A stretch of 64,000 bases of DNA from Cirrosporium novae-zelandiae. Taxonomy: Eukaryota. The notes under the pieces are model-generated. The model did not search any database. It was not told where the DNA came from and saw only the letters and a program-made list of their open reading frames with translations. The stretch spans positions 62,001 through 126,000 of the forward strand of contig JAPETS010000020.1 in the NCBI GenBank assembly GCA_026023565.1, in the 5' to 3' direction. This document shows, in pieces, positions 48,301 to 61,594 of the stretch; the stretch's first letter is position 1; each line of letters starts with the position of its first letter. A program made the translations under genes and the position numbers.

Positions 48301-50193
48301 AATGCCATAAAGAGAGCTCCGCCTCGTGTGAAAAGCCCGGTAGTGTTTTGTGGTAGATCATAGAACAGCGAACCAGCTATGAGGGCTTGAGCAAGAGTCG
48401 AGCCTTGTTTAATTATCATGGATGACTTATCACCCCACATTAGCTGGTATTGGCGAATGGTGCAAGTTTTGATCTGTTTCCATAGACTAGTAGTGTATGG
48501 TTCCTTTGGAGGGACATGCTTCGCCTTTTCCTTTTGCGCCGCCTCCTTGAAGTTTTCAAGCATTTCTTTTTCGTTTGCTGAATCCCCCCCCATATCCTGG
48601 AGTTCATCCATTGCTTCTTTGTAATACTTACTTTCCTTGTATCTCTGTTCAAACTCTTCGACAGTATCAGGCACAACACAACCGGGTTGGATCTTTCGTT
48701 CGGATTTGACCGTCACTCCAGTTAGGAAGTCGGCAACGTTGCTACCAGGAACACAGATGAAACCCATGTCTTCGAAATAGCCACGGGCATCTGCCTGGGG
48801 CCCAAAATAAATGCAACGGCCGCTATCCACAATAAGGACTTTGTCGAACAGATCGTAGATCTTATTGCCGGCCTGATAAAGCGTCACGATGTTTGTACAT
48901 TTCATGATATCTGTCATAATTCGAAGGCATTTCGTATACTACAAAATCAATTAGAGTCACGGACATTTCCATGAGGAGAAATGAGAAGAGGAACAGTCAC
49001 GTACGTCCAAAGCAGTTGAAGCATCAAGACCCCGGGTGGAATTATCCCAGCACATGGTAGTTGCTCTTGTTACCATAATCTCCGCTATTGAAACACGTTT
49101 GCGTTCTCCGCCACTGACGCCGCGGATGTATTCGTTTCCGACCTTGGTACTTACGGTATGGGAGATACCAAACTATTGATAATGTAAGTTAGATAAATCA
49201 TAAGGAGATGTGAGTTTCAATACCATCTTAAGGTATAGCTCTTTGAAGCTGGCATTGAATTGAGCACTAGTTACACCCGGAAAACGTAGGTGAGGTGTCT
49301 TTAACGAAAGGGCGAAGTCCATGGTTTGGCCAACTGTCAAGGTTGGAAAGTGAAGTTCCTCTACAGATTCGACAATTTTAGCAAGTCATCCACCAATAGT
49401 TATATGATATTATCACTACTTGGGTAGAGATGCTCATACCTTCGGTGTTCATGACAATTTGACCGCGGTATCGGGATGCTTCCTTCGCAGACATTCCTCC
49501 GTATGTAACATCTCCGGTAACTGATGCAAACGAATGACGATGATTTGCGAGGACTTTCAAAAGACTTGTGCAACCACTTCCAGGACGACCGAGAACCAAA
49601 CACATCTATCACAACTGTTAGCTGCTTCAACGTCTGCATATCTCGGGCACCCAAACACGCCAGAATTAAAATGTCTATCATACCTCTCCAGCCGCAACAT
49701 GTCCAGATATATGGTCAAGAATGGTCTTCTTGGGCTGGGGCATTCTGGCCTGTCTTATGACACCAGGTATGTCCATGGTACTCAAGATTGTGTTGCCAAA
49801 AACTACATCAGAGGCGATACCTGTGACGGTGACATCTAGAAACTTGACCCCTAAAGATTTGTCGGGATGTCGATGCTTCTTTCGATCAGTTGTGTAGCCG
49901 TTCAGTGTATCGGCCAGCCAGTTGTATCCGTCATCATCCTGCTTATCGTTGACAGGTATTGTATCTGATGAGTGGGAATATCGATTAGCCTCGACATCGT
50001 AAGAATTTTGCCGACGAGACTTTGTTGAATGTTGGGTTAGAACTCGGTTGAGTTCCCTGAGTTCCCCAGCGACATTATGTTCATAGACCGCTCGTGGTTC
50101 CCCCCAACTTGTTTCATCAGGATGGTCACTATCTCCGCTTGCCGTCTTCTCTGAGGTATCGTCTGAAGTGTCACTTAATTGATCTTTAGACAT
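45319..50193 (-). CDS. Full-size PDR/ABCG multidrug transporter (Snq2/AtrB-like), multi-exon
   Basis: NBD1 Walker A GRPGSGCT and [16 protein letters not shown]2 [27 protein letters not shown] and LDEPTSGLD; two TMDs with the PDR motifs NEFH..F.C and HLWRNFGII. Not every splice junction was checked. Confidence 0.95.
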
Positions 50194-50574
50194 AGTGTAG
50201 TTTGTAAAATATAAAAGGATGTAAAGAGAGAAAAGAGGATTATTGACTTAATTCTAAAGTAAAGAGATGAGGGAAATGTAAGATTATAAAAGAAGAACAG
50301 AGTAAACCGAGATGATCGGAAAAGGGAAAGAGAAAGACATTTCATCATATTTATAAAACTGGAACAACGACGAGTTATGGAATTCGGAATTGAAGCCATA
50401 TCCGAATTCATCGGCTGCTTGCCTGAATTTGTTCATACTATTAACAGGTTGTGAGTTAAGGTTGCACCCATGGGCGTATAGCCAAACAATCCTGCAGACA
50501 GGAGTTAATGGTAGAAGTGGATTCAACAGATCTCTGGTGATCTACTCTAGTGACGATAAGCAATGGTAAGTGGT

Positions 50575-50592
50575 CGGTGTTGATCTGTTCCG
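50575..50592. promoter_or_regulatory. CGG-N12-CCG (AtrR response element-like) site upstream of the ABC transporter
   Basis: CGG TGTTGATCTGTT CCG, about 380 bp upstream of the transporter ATG. Further CGG inverted repeats lie at 50380-50409 and 50912-50951. Confidence 0.45.
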
Positions 50593-51866
50593 ATATCTCA
50601 GGGTCGGAAGCCAACAAAGAGGAGTTGATAATTAGTTGGTAATTTAACTAGCATAAAGCGAATAATCATTACTAGAAAATTATATGTATATTATTCTGCA
50701 TGTTCTAAGAATTCTAGGGATCCTAACAATTTCAGATTTCCAAAATAGGTATGAATATTAGAAGAATTGATGGGGGGGGAGGATAGAATCTCAGACGATG
50801 ACTTGGATGTGTGAGGTGTTGAGCAGATCCGTAAAGAACGGAAGTGAGCAAAGGTACGAACCGTAGGGCCACACGGACCACTAGGGCTGAACGGATAGCT
50901 CTTTATTTTCTCCGACTTCCGCTGACTTTTTTCTGACTCATCGGAAGTCGGTAAATTGCTACCGCCGACCATCGTGACCATCTTGGCACACGCTTGGCTG
51001 TGCTTGGCCTTGTTTATCACGTGATATCGGAATTTCTAATGATTTGGGACTAGACAGACTTGGCAACGGCTAACCGGAGCTCCGGACCTGATGGGAGAAG
51101 AAGGAAATGAAAAGTCTAGCCAGGCAGTCAAATTACAAGGAATTCAAGATGATTATTTGATTTTACAGCCCATCTTTCTTAACTAATCTTGGTCTTGGCC
51201 CAACTTTATAGCAAACAATATTCGTCAACATCCACCGCCTAGAATTGCACAGCCCTCAAGGCCATAAGAACATAAGGACATATCCCACCGGCCAGTAAAG
51301 GAGTACCAAGGTCCAGATTCTTTAACGCCCCATCTACCATATACCAAAACCAGTAAAATCATTCTCAGTTACTTTAAACTCTGATCCTTCTTTTAACTCA
51401 ATATCGTAATTGCTTTCAACTGCCCTCCGATGTTCCTAGACTCTTGAACATTTTTCGAACCTCTCAGAATTAATTATTCCAAATTGCCCAGAATTATGGA
51501 TGGTTACCTAATGCCCGAACAGACATGATCATTCTTAAGCATAATAACTTCTTTAACTAGTGATTCGAGAATGAACTCCCTTCCTTAGAAAGGTGTTTCG
51601 TATATTCAGCCACACACCAAATGACATATGTTTAATGTCATCTTTTGACCTTTGCTTTTTGTCATTTACTTCCTTGGTCCTGTTGGCCCTTGTAGTATCT
51701 CCAAGTTCAAAAGCATTCGCTCCCGTCTTCGTGTCCTGATGCCGTTGAGAAATCCGAATACCGCTCTCCACAACGCCCACTCTAATACAATACCTCTAAA
51801 CTTGCTGGTCTAGCTCTAGACGCACAGGATCATTATCCTATGTGGCCCCATATCTCCGTTACCGAC

Positions 51867-54561
51867 ATGTCGGCAAATGCTGGTCTAACATCCAGTGACG
51901 TCGAGGCTGGCAAAAGAACACCTAGGTATGTGGTCTCATCCTTATCTAACAATATTTTGTCCATGGTATTTCTCTGACAAATGAAATAGGGCATGCGACA
52001 ATTGTCGTAAGAAAAAAGTTGGTTCCCTTGAGCTTGAGCTGACCACAGCTTCTTTCGGCATTAGTTCCCCTCTTCTATACCCCAGGTTATCTGTTCCTCG
52101 TGCTGATGGTTATTTATTCTACCTTCCAAATAGATCAAGTGCGATGCTGTCAAACCTCGATGTGATGGATGTAAACATTCCAATATTCCTTGTACATATA
52201 TACGACCCCACCGATCAAGGACCAAGAAACATGCCAAGGCACCTACAGCGTAAGTCAAATTACCGCCCTCCATCTGCTGCTGCAAGACATTGGAAGAACC
52301 ATGTCAACGATCACTTTGGCTAAATAATACCTTGGCCGCTAGGATGCACAGTCAGGGATCGGCCTCCCACTTGGAACGGAGAATGGAACAATTAGAAAAG
52401 CTTCTTGAGAAGGTTTCAAAAGATATCGGTATGCTTATCTCTTTCCTCTTAGTATATACGATACATACAAGCCACTACCATCGACCAACCTATGTAAGGG
52501 AAAGGATTCATTCACAGAAGCTAATGGTGACTTGAATTACCCTTGCTGAATATGTCATGTCTGAATGGCCCTTATTCCGAATTACCTAATCGCATTCAAG
52601 TATACACTTTCTTACTGTTTATTTAGAAGTCTCATCGGCAGTCCTACCAAATGTGATTATACCAAGGCCACTCCAATTCTCGGAGACGCAGGGATTAATT
52701 AGCCTCCCACATTGCAAACGATATTTTGAAAGTGCCATAATCGGGGATATTTCAAGCCGTATAGGCTTTCCTTTCTTTACTTCTGAAGGACAACAATGGA
52801 TACAGCTGCGAAGTGGCGTAGCAATTGACTTCCAGAGGCTCTCCGTCCACTTGCCAGAATTCCAGGAGGGGGACCAATGGAAGCCCATATGGCCCCATCG
52901 AATTGATATAGCATACCTTTCACAAGATTATCTCGACCTACCACCGAGGGAGATTACAGAAGCTTATTTTGCGGCTTACAAGCCAGCAATCCAGCGCATG
53001 TTTTTCCCAGTCGTCGACCTTACCACCTCGTTTACCAAAACCATCGACGCTGTCTATAGCTCTGAAACTGGATCGATACCTGTCGCGGAGACCGCATGTG
53101 TTCTAGGTTTCATGGCATGCGCAGCCAAATTTCAGGAGCACGATTTGTCCTTACCGAGTGTCAACGCTGAGAAGTGTTCATCAAGTGCGCTAAGGTTGAT
53201 ACCCGAAATCTTGGAACGAAAGGTAACACCGGAGGGTGTAGAAGCTTTGCTCCTTCTTGTAAGCTCTTCAACCGCCTTCTGTTCAGATTTGTCGAGATTA
53301 AACCCTATCCTCTTATTATTATATGTTATATTATCAAGCTTTTCTAATGGACTGGATTGTCAAACCTTAGGCCCTCCATCAAGCAGCAGTAGGCGGCTTG
53401 CAATCAGCTGATGTGCTGATTACCACGGCAGCACGAATGGTCTTCATGCTAGGGGGCCATCTATCTGCTTCTCGCACATTAAATACACCTTTTGTTTCCG
53501 CAGGACCAGCTGGATCAGTGACTCCGACGAGTCCTCGCCTTCGAGGGCTATTCTGGATTTGCTATACTATCGACAAAGATTTATGCTTACGGATGGGTCG
53601 GCTTCCCTCAATCAATGATGAGGAATGTGACCTAGAATTACCGTCGGCATATTTCGATTCTGTTATGCCAGAACACATCATGAATTCACCTCAAGAAGCA
53701 GCGGAATGGGTGCCATTCTTTTCAAACGACCTCTGCCTTGCTAAAATCAAGTCCAAGGCATTTCGTGGACTGTACTCGACACAGGCTCTGCGAAAGTCTG
53801 ACGCTGAATTGGTCAGAACTATTCGAGAGCTCGATGAAGAGCTATATGAATGGAGAGTATCATTCCAGGACCGTTATAAAGTTGTCAAATTTCCTGTTCT
53901 CGGTGTTCCTAGCAACGACGTGTTGAATATGCATATAGTACTACTTCGACTTGAGTATTATCATTGCCTAGCAATGATACATCGAGCTAGCACCCGTTGT
54001 CAGACTGGGGATAGTCGTGCCACAGGAGTCAGTTCCAGTCTAGAGTTGTGCATAGAAGCAAGTCGGTCGACTATTTTATATCTCGACAGTGTGCATGAAT
54101 ATTTGGGTACCGAAAAATGCTGGTATGTATTATACAGCAATTATTTCGATCCAGTGTGCGTGAATCGACAGCCTTGAACGATTATATGAATATGAGCTAA
54201 TTATGGATGAACAATTTGCAGGTATCTACTATTCTATCCCATATCGTCCCTGCTTAGTATTTTTTTCCACGTGCTCCAAAACCCATCGGATCCACGAGCA
54301 GTAGAAGATGTTAAGTTACTAAGTGGGTGCCCACCAAAAATCGATTCAATACCGAAAGAATCATTGCCAGAGAGCGACATAATCAAATTGCAAATGCTTA
54401 AGGAGTTCACGGCGGAACTTACAAAGATAGCAGAATCCGTGGTAAATAAAGCTGCAGTGCGACGATTGGAGGGTCCAAGTACAGCATTTCAACCCACTAT
54501 TCTAGTGAATAATTACCAGCAGTTAACTAATATTACTTTGGGAGATCCCCGGTCGATATAA
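51867..54561 (+). CDS. Zn(II)2Cys6 transcription factor with fungal-specific TF domain, AtrR-like
   Basis: Spliced cluster RACDNCRKKK/IKCDAVKPRCDGCKHSNIPC. Middle region FWICYTIDKDLCLRMGRLPSINDEECDLELP and KSDAELVRTIRELDEELYEWR. The first four junctions were checked and are in frame. Confidence 0.9.
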
Positions 54562-55268
54562 TTTGATTGTTATTTGGGTGGATATGGAATACAGAGGGGG
54601 CTTGGAGGGGGCGCTTGAAGGAGGTGAAGGCTGGCGTAAGGATTTTAGAGTTGGTAACTGGATGAATTAACTATGGTCATGGATATATGATGTATATGAA
54701 CGGAATCCTGGGATAGACTTGTACATGATATGGAAATAATTAGAAAGGGGCAAAGAGGTGGTTGTTGATTGGTTAAGAACAGCGAAATTAAATGCAGTCA
54801 GAGGAGTAAAAGCTAACCCTATTTTACTATGGAACGTGCCTCTTCCGCCCGTGTTCCCCACAGAGACAGAAGTGGATCGGCAGTTCGACATGACGATACT
54901 GTTGACCTCCAAGATAAGTGTCTTATGTTTATCAAATTATTGACAAGATTAAATACACCTTTCGAGTCTTCTCTATCATGTGGCTCGCTTGTGGTACCAC
55001 CCTGCCACACCTTTCAACGGTTTTGAGAAACTTCGGTAGCCAACGAGCTTGTCTCACCAACTCCAAACCCTGTTGCATCTGCTATCAATATCCTGGTTGT
55101 TCCTGCATCATCTATGATATTAAAGATCTAGGGTAGCATTTGAATGTTGCCGAAAGGGATGTGATCATCCGAGGACCGCCGTTGTGAGATTGTATCTATA
55201 GTACTTATGTTTGTGATGTCTCGAGGATCATTCCTCGCTATTTGTCCTTCGTTCTATTAACATTCACT

Positions 55269-58001
55269 ATGTTAAACTCCCTATATTTTTCTTTCATATT
55301 ACTATATTTTGGGGGGGCATCTCTCGCTCTGAATAGCACTGGCACTAATACCAGTTCATCTAGTGTCTTGCAATATGTAGATCCATTGATAGGGACTACC
55401 AATGGAGGTAATTTATTCGCTGGATACTTGAATTATTTATAGTCGACTAATATTTCAAGTAGGAAATGTCTTTGCTGGAGCTTCGCTCCCATACGGTATA
55501 TAATATGATAACTACTTGATTTTAAGGCTGACGATATCTCGTAGGTATGGCTAAGGCTGTGGCCGATGTTGACGGAGACGAAAACCAAGGCGGCTTTGCT
55601 TCAGATGGTAGTAACATCACAGGGTTTTCCCAGATGCATGATTCTGGGACAGGTGGAAGTGCATCTCTGGGAAATTTTGCTTTGTTTCCATATACTAACT
55701 GTCCTGGGGATGAGATTGACCGATGTGTCTTCCCTAAGCAAGCAAGAAAGACTCAATTCTTTAACGATACACTACAAGCAAGCCCCGGATATTTTGCGGT
55801 TACACTGGATAGCTTGGTTAATACCGCAATGACTGTTTCCCACCATACTACTTTGTATCGATTCACGTTCCCAACAGCATCCGATGATGGAAGCGCTCTC
55901 AGTCCTCTCATTTTGATGGATTTGACTGATCTCTCTGATTCACGTCAGGACAATGGAACCATATCAGTTGACCCGGATTCTGCTAGGATAATCGGAAACG
56001 CAACATTCAAGCCTAGCTTTGGAAGTGGAACATATCAATTGCACTTCTGTGCTGATTTCAAAGGTGCCGCAGTCCGAGATACGGGAATTTGGGTCAATAG
56101 TCGAGCAAGTACCGAACAAAAAAGCCTGAAGATATCCCGAGGTATCAACTCTGGTCCACTTCCAGGGGGTGCTTTTGCTAGGTTTGAATCCCCTTCGACT
56201 TTAGACAATTCGATTCTCGCCAGGGTGGGCGTCAGCTTTATTAGTGCTTCCCAGGCTTGTCAGAGTGCGGAGACTGAGATTCCCTCCTTTGACTTCAACT
56301 CGACTTACAGTGCTGCCGTCAATAAATGGGAAGAAAAGCTAAGCCAGGTATCGGTTCAGCCAGGTGATGGAGTCAGCGAAGACCTCCTCATAACTTTTTA
56401 CTCTGGAATATATAGAACCATGATGAATCCCCAAAATTATACCGGAGAAAATCCGCTTTGGGAAAGTAGTGAACCTTATTATGATTCTTTTTACTGGTAA
56501 GCCTCTTTTATCAATTTTGAAAGACTCCCACTTACCTCTCAAGTCTCTGGGATTCTTTTCGGACTCAAATACCGCTACTCACCATCGTGGATCCGGTGTC
56601 AGTGACCTCGATGATTCGATCACTGATTGATACCTACGTACATGAGGGATGGCTTCCTGACTGCCGCATGAGCCTCTGTAAAGGATACACCCAAGGTGGC
56701 TCCAATGCAGATGTAGTCCTCGTGGATGGATATCTGAAAGGCCTTACTACAGGGATTGACTGGGAGACTGGATACGAAGCCGTTATTCAAGATGCCGAAG
56801 TCGAGCCATACGACTGGTCCAACGAGGGAAGAGGTGGACTAACCAGCTGGAAAACCCTTGGATACATCCCTGTAGAAGATTACGACTATGTCGGGTTCGG
56901 AACAATGACAAGGAGCATATCTCGCACCCTCGAATACAGCTACAACGATTTTGTCATATCCTCTCTGGCACAGGAACTCGGTGGCCGGGGTGAGGATGTC
57001 TCCAAGTACCAACAACGATCCGGAAACTGGAAGAATCTCTTCAAAGCAAACCAGACCTCCTACGTTAACGGAGTAGACACCGGCTACGTTGGATTCCCGC
57101 AGCCCAAATACCTGAACCAAACATTCGGAGCCCAGGACCCAGCCAAATGTTCCAACTTCGACAGCGTTTCGATCTGCTCTCTCCAAAACACCGGCGCGGA
57201 GACCTTTGAATCAAGTATCTGGGAATACCAATTGTTTGTTCTCTCGCATCTACAGTATCCTCCCCATTCCATTCCACTCCAACTAAAACCTCATCTAGTT
57301 TCGTCCCCCACGACATGTCCAACCTAATCAAAACCCTCAACGGCCCCACCTCCTTCACCAACCGCCTCGACTACCTCCACGAATCCGGCATCACCTACAT
57401 CGGCAACGAACCCTCCTTCCTCACCGTATTCCAATACCACTACGCCGGCCGACCCGGCCGCTCCGCCCACCGCTCCCACTACTACATCCCCTCTTGGTTC
57501 AACTCCACCACCGGCGGTCTACCCGGAAACGACGACAGTGGCACCATGGGCGCTTTCGTCGCCTTCTCGATGATCGGCCTGTTCCCCGTCTCCGGCCAAA
57601 ACGTATACCTGATAACCCCGCCTTACTTTGAAAGCGTGAGTATTACAAATACATTCACCAACAAAACAGCAACCATCCGAAATGTCAATTTCGATTCATC
57701 GTACCAAGCTATCTATATCCAAAGCGCAAAGCTCGATAATGTCACATATACCAAAAATTGGATCGATCATAGCTTCTTCACCGAGGGGAAAACGCTCGAG
57801 CTTACTTTGGGGTTGAATGAGAGTTCTTGGGGGACGGAGGATGCGGATTTGCCTCCGAGTTTGTCGACGTCTACCAATTCCACATCTTCGTCATCATCTC
57901 GGAGGAAATTTTTGAAGAGAGGAATGGGGTTTTCGCATGATATCGGAAAGATGAAGATCCCAAGAGGAGGAGAGGAGGGGGCAGCTGCGTTTTATGGTTG
58001 A
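55269..58001 (+). CDS. Secreted GH92 alpha-1,2-mannosidase
   Basis: Signal peptide, YVDPLIGT.NGGNVFAGASLPYGMAK, GFSQMHDSGTGG, TQGGSNAD, SISRTLEYSYND, YIGNEPSF and GLPGNDDSGTM; several GT-AG introns. Confidence 0.95.
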
Positions 58002-58625
58002 GAGAGTTATACTAATGTATGTATATTGGGGGGTGAGGGCTGTTCTAGGTTTCAAGTAGTACTGTAGTTTTAGTTTCAGTTATAAATCCAAATTTATTTA
58101 TTTAAAGGAACTTGCGAAAAAGCGAAAGTGAAGCATTAATGAATGGAGCGAGTGCCGAGTGGGTAAGTAGGGCACTGTAAAACGGTTAGTTAGCCTTAGA
58201 GCATTTTAATTCTCTATTACCCTATTACCCCTTCTATCTTTGGTTTGGTAAGCTGTTAATAAGGTCTTGTTGGATTGTTGAGGTAGATAGTATTGGGTAT
58301 GGGTAGTAAGGATGGATGAATAAATAAAGCCAACTCTCCTCTGAGTACCGAACGACATTTACTTTCCCCTTCATGAGGATATGTTCAAACACTATTATTA
58401 TGCGACTGACTAACTGACTGACTGATTGACTATCTACCTATAAACTGCAAACTCCTTAACTTTTCTTCTTCTCTTTTTTTATTTTTATCTTTTTACTAAT
58501 TTCATCCCCATCCTCATTCTTTTTTCCCCTTCTTCCTTCCGATTTACAAAGAAAAACTAAAAACTAAAAATAACTCCCAACCCCCCCCTTCAAAAAACCC
58601 CCACCAAAAAAAAAAAAAAAAAAAA

Positions 58626-58730
58626 AGGTCTATCGCGGAATCGAACCGCGGTCTCGGGAAAATCTCCTCTACTCCCCTTTTTCTTGGGGGAAGTCAAAAT
58701 CCCACGTGCTAACCTCTACACTAAAAGACC
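58626..58730 (-). tRNA. tRNA-Gln(UUG) with 33-nt intron
   Basis: Minus-strand cloverleaf GGTCTTT-TA-GTGT..GCAC-G-TGGGA-TT-TTG-A-[intron 58693-58661]-T-TCCCG-AGAC-CGCGG-TTCGATT-CCGCG-ATAGACC-T, 72 nt mature, followed by a long poly-T Pol III terminator. Confidence 0.93.
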
Positions 58731-59529
58731 GGTTTGATTTTTTGTTTTTTTGGGGGGTTTAATTGGTGTTGGGGGGATTTGGGGTGGGTGGGTTATATGT
58801 ATTAGATGATCGGAGGAGTCCGGGGTGTGGGGGGGGCAGGTGGGCAAGGGAAGTTTGTGTTGCTAGATGGGAATCGTGGGTACTGCAGGAATATTTTCTT
58901 TCTTTCTTCTTTTTGGTTTAGTCTAATGAGGGGAAGAATTTTTATTTGGATTGATTAGTCGCATGGTTTACTATGTTGCTGTACCAAAGTATTATTGTGT
59001 GTGTTACCTGTGCCTATTTACAGAAGGAGAGAGGTCTTTAGTACCTAAGTAGTTTCCTCACAGGATAATTAATTACTATGCTCGGTACCCTACCAAGCCT
59101 ACATCCAAAAAAACCCCCCCCCCCCCCCAACAAACACAACACAATAATAAATAAATTAATAACCTACTATCAAATCAACATATATATACATCCTCCATTA
59201 TATAATTATATTTTTTTTAAAAAAATCGTAGAAGTAAGAAAAGTATCTGGGGGACTCGGAATCAAAATTTGTGACTGAGTCTGTCTTTTTTTGGGGGAGG
59301 GGAGTTGTAACTGTAATTATATTTTTGTTTGCTATATCTAGAAAGAATGCTTCTGCTTTTGTTTTGCTTTTGAAGAAAGAAACTCGTTTTTTCTCATGTC
59401 ATGCTAGCTAAATAAATAAATTAAAAAATAATATAAAGAAAAAGAAAAAAAATATGTAGGTTGGGATAATTATATACTAGATTAAAACAATATATGTATG
59501 GAGAAGTAGATTATAGCCTCCTGGATTGA

Positions 59530-61029
59530 TCAACCCAAACTCCAGAGAGCCTTCCACATACTCGTCGTTAGAAAAACTGTTATCCAAACTCCAAGAACGG
59601 TGACGCCGATAGCAACGAAAAGAACTTTTAGGTTCCTCTTCTCATATTGCGCCATATACCTCGATGGCTCCTCTGGTACCCCTTTGTAGGTGCTTGTGTC
59701 AAACTGTGGCACATATTTGAATTCGAAAAAGGACGGTTGTCCCCCAAGCCCGTTTTCGTGTTGCACTATGATATTCCAGAAGATTCTTCTCACGGTAGCG
59801 ATTTTTCGACGATCCAAAAAGGAAAATGTACGGTGGGTGTAGCATAGCACACAGAAGAAAATGCATTGGCCTGCTACCAAGGCCCAGTAGTAAGAGGAAG
59901 CGTGACCTAGGCTAAGTTCATCGCAGAGCTCGTTTCCATTCAGCCAGCGTGCATTGGCTACGAGAAAGCCGCGGGAACTATATGTGGGAGGTTGGTTTTC
60001 AAGGGCTGTGAGAATGTTGGAGGCGAGGATACGGGAAGTGGACGTGGGAGAGATCTCATGGACAAGCAGGGATTCCATGATTGCGCGGGCTTTCTCTGGA
60101 GAGGAGAAATAGCTCGTGGGAGTGCCGGTATAGTGAGCCACAAGACGCCATAGTGCAATGTAGTCTTCAATTTCCTGTTGGCGGAGAAAAATACCTTGTC
60201 GTGGAAATGAGAGCCAGACAAGAGTTGCAGAAAAGGTTCCAATAGTGGCAATAGAGTCGAGGTCATTAATAGGAATACCATAATCTTTCACAGAATAGTA
60301 AGACGGCCGCTGAGATGCAAGCTTCATGATGCGTTGGCGTACAGCGGCATGCAATAGTCTCACCCTCACTGAGCTTGCCATGCCAGCGCCCCCAGGCTGT
60401 ATTGATCCCAACGACTTCGTACATTCGAGAATATACTGCGTTGTCTCATACAAGCGGCGGCGAGCTGCTTTCACGGAAAAACCACCTGTACGGGAGAGGG
60501 TTTCAACGACGCGATTTGCCCCCATCCCTCCTAAAAGAGATTGGTAAGCTAGTCCTGTAAGGGCAGGTCCACCATAACGGTAAAATACTTCTTGACCCCG
60601 ATCGATTTGCTGCCAATCGACCCAATAGGGAATGGTGTGGACTTCATACCATAGTTCAGAGAGGACGGAATCAGTAGCATGGTATGTCTGGAGGAGGACA
60701 TAAAGGTCATGTTGGAGAGGTAGCTTGCCTCCTGAGGAGGGTGGTATAGATGTTGGTGAGTTGGAGGATGAATAAAAGGTTGAGTTCTCAGACTCGGCGT
60801 CAGTAAGTGTTTTGTCTTTTGAAGAATAATCTCTTGAAGAGGATGCTGCAATAACATTCAACCTCTCCAGAGCCTTTTCTCCTAACTCATCATACGAAAA
60901 CTTCAGCGGGTGCATTTGTTGGGGCGAGAGGTGGTGCTCTGTGAGTTTGAAGGTATGGCCCCATGCTGTCCTTGTGGTTTTCTCTCCTTGGCTCCGTATG
61001 AGGGAAAAGGGCAAACATGGCCTTGCCAT
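59530..61029 (-). CDS. ER-bound oxygenase of the MpaB / Lcp (rubber oxygenase)-like DUF2236 family
   Basis: Motifs PYWVDWQQIDRGQEVF, TLSRTGGF, RRLYETTQ, SVRVRLLHAAVR, GIPINDLD and YIALWRLVAHYTG, plus a C-terminal TM helix. First ATG at 61029. Confidence 0.85.
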   Translation of the reverse strand: MARPCLPFSLIRSQGEKTTRTAWGHTFKLTEHHLSPQQMHPLKFSYDELGEKALERLNVIAASSSRDYSSKDKTLTDAESENSTFYSSSNSPTSIPPSSGGKLPLQHDLYVLLQTYHATDSVLSELWYEVHTIPYWVDWQQIDRGQEVFYRYGGPALTGLAYQSLLGGMGANRVVETLSRTGGFSVKAARRRLYETTQYILECTKSLGSIQPGGAGMASSVRVRLLHAAVRQRIMKLASQRPSYYSVKDYGIPINDLDSIATIGTFSATLVWLSFPRQGIFLRQQEIEDYIALWRLVAHYTGTPTSYFSSPEKARAIMESLLVHEISPTSTSRILASNILTALENQPPTYSSRGFLVANARWLNGNELCDELSLGHASSYYWALVAGQCIFFCVLCYTHRTFSFLDRRKIATVRRIFWNIIVQHENGLGGQPSFFEFKYVPQFDTSTYKGVPEEPSRYMAQYEKRNLKVLFVAIGVTVLGVWITVFLTTSMWKALWSLG

Positions 61030-61411
61030 CCCCAGGTTCGAAGTCGTTCCTCCACACGCTTCTGAAAAAGCAGATACGCTGCCGCGGTCATTGCTTATGA
61101 GTAGGAGAAATTGATTGGAGGATTTGAGATCGAAAGTGAAGGGATGGGGATGGATCAATGATGGTGTGTTGAAAGTATCTTGGTATTTACTTTAGTAGTT
61201 TTGGGGGAGTTACTTTAGTAGGCGTTTCGGAATTTCCTGGATGACAAACAGGGTCCGATGGGATGTGGGTCTGATGTCATTGATGATGATTCTAAAAAAC
61301 CCGGGAACAACGTTGAACTTCCGTGCCGACAAGGGGTCGCCAAGGAGCTAAAGGAAACTAAAGAAAGCTTGGACTAGCAGATGACTCAAATGCAAGGCCC
61401 AATGAAAGGCT

Positions 61412-61594
61412 TGTGCCGAATACAAAGTCACATGTATGCCTCAGGCGTCAACTACACGTGGCTAAGTCACATGACTCGAGATTCTATAGATAGCTGATCT
61501 CGTATCTTAGATCCCAGAGGTTAGTCGACATATCTACACTAGTTATACCCTTAGATTTGAGCCTATTCAAAACCATATCTTAGGCGTTATATTA
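61412..61594. mobile_element. Degenerate LTR related to the 44654-44773 solo LTR
   Basis: Shares GTCACATGAC, AGTTATAC(A)CC(T)TAGATT(T)GAGCC and CCATATCYTAGGCGT with that element. The terminus is eroded by C>T/G>A changes. Left boundary uncertain. Confidence 0.55.
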
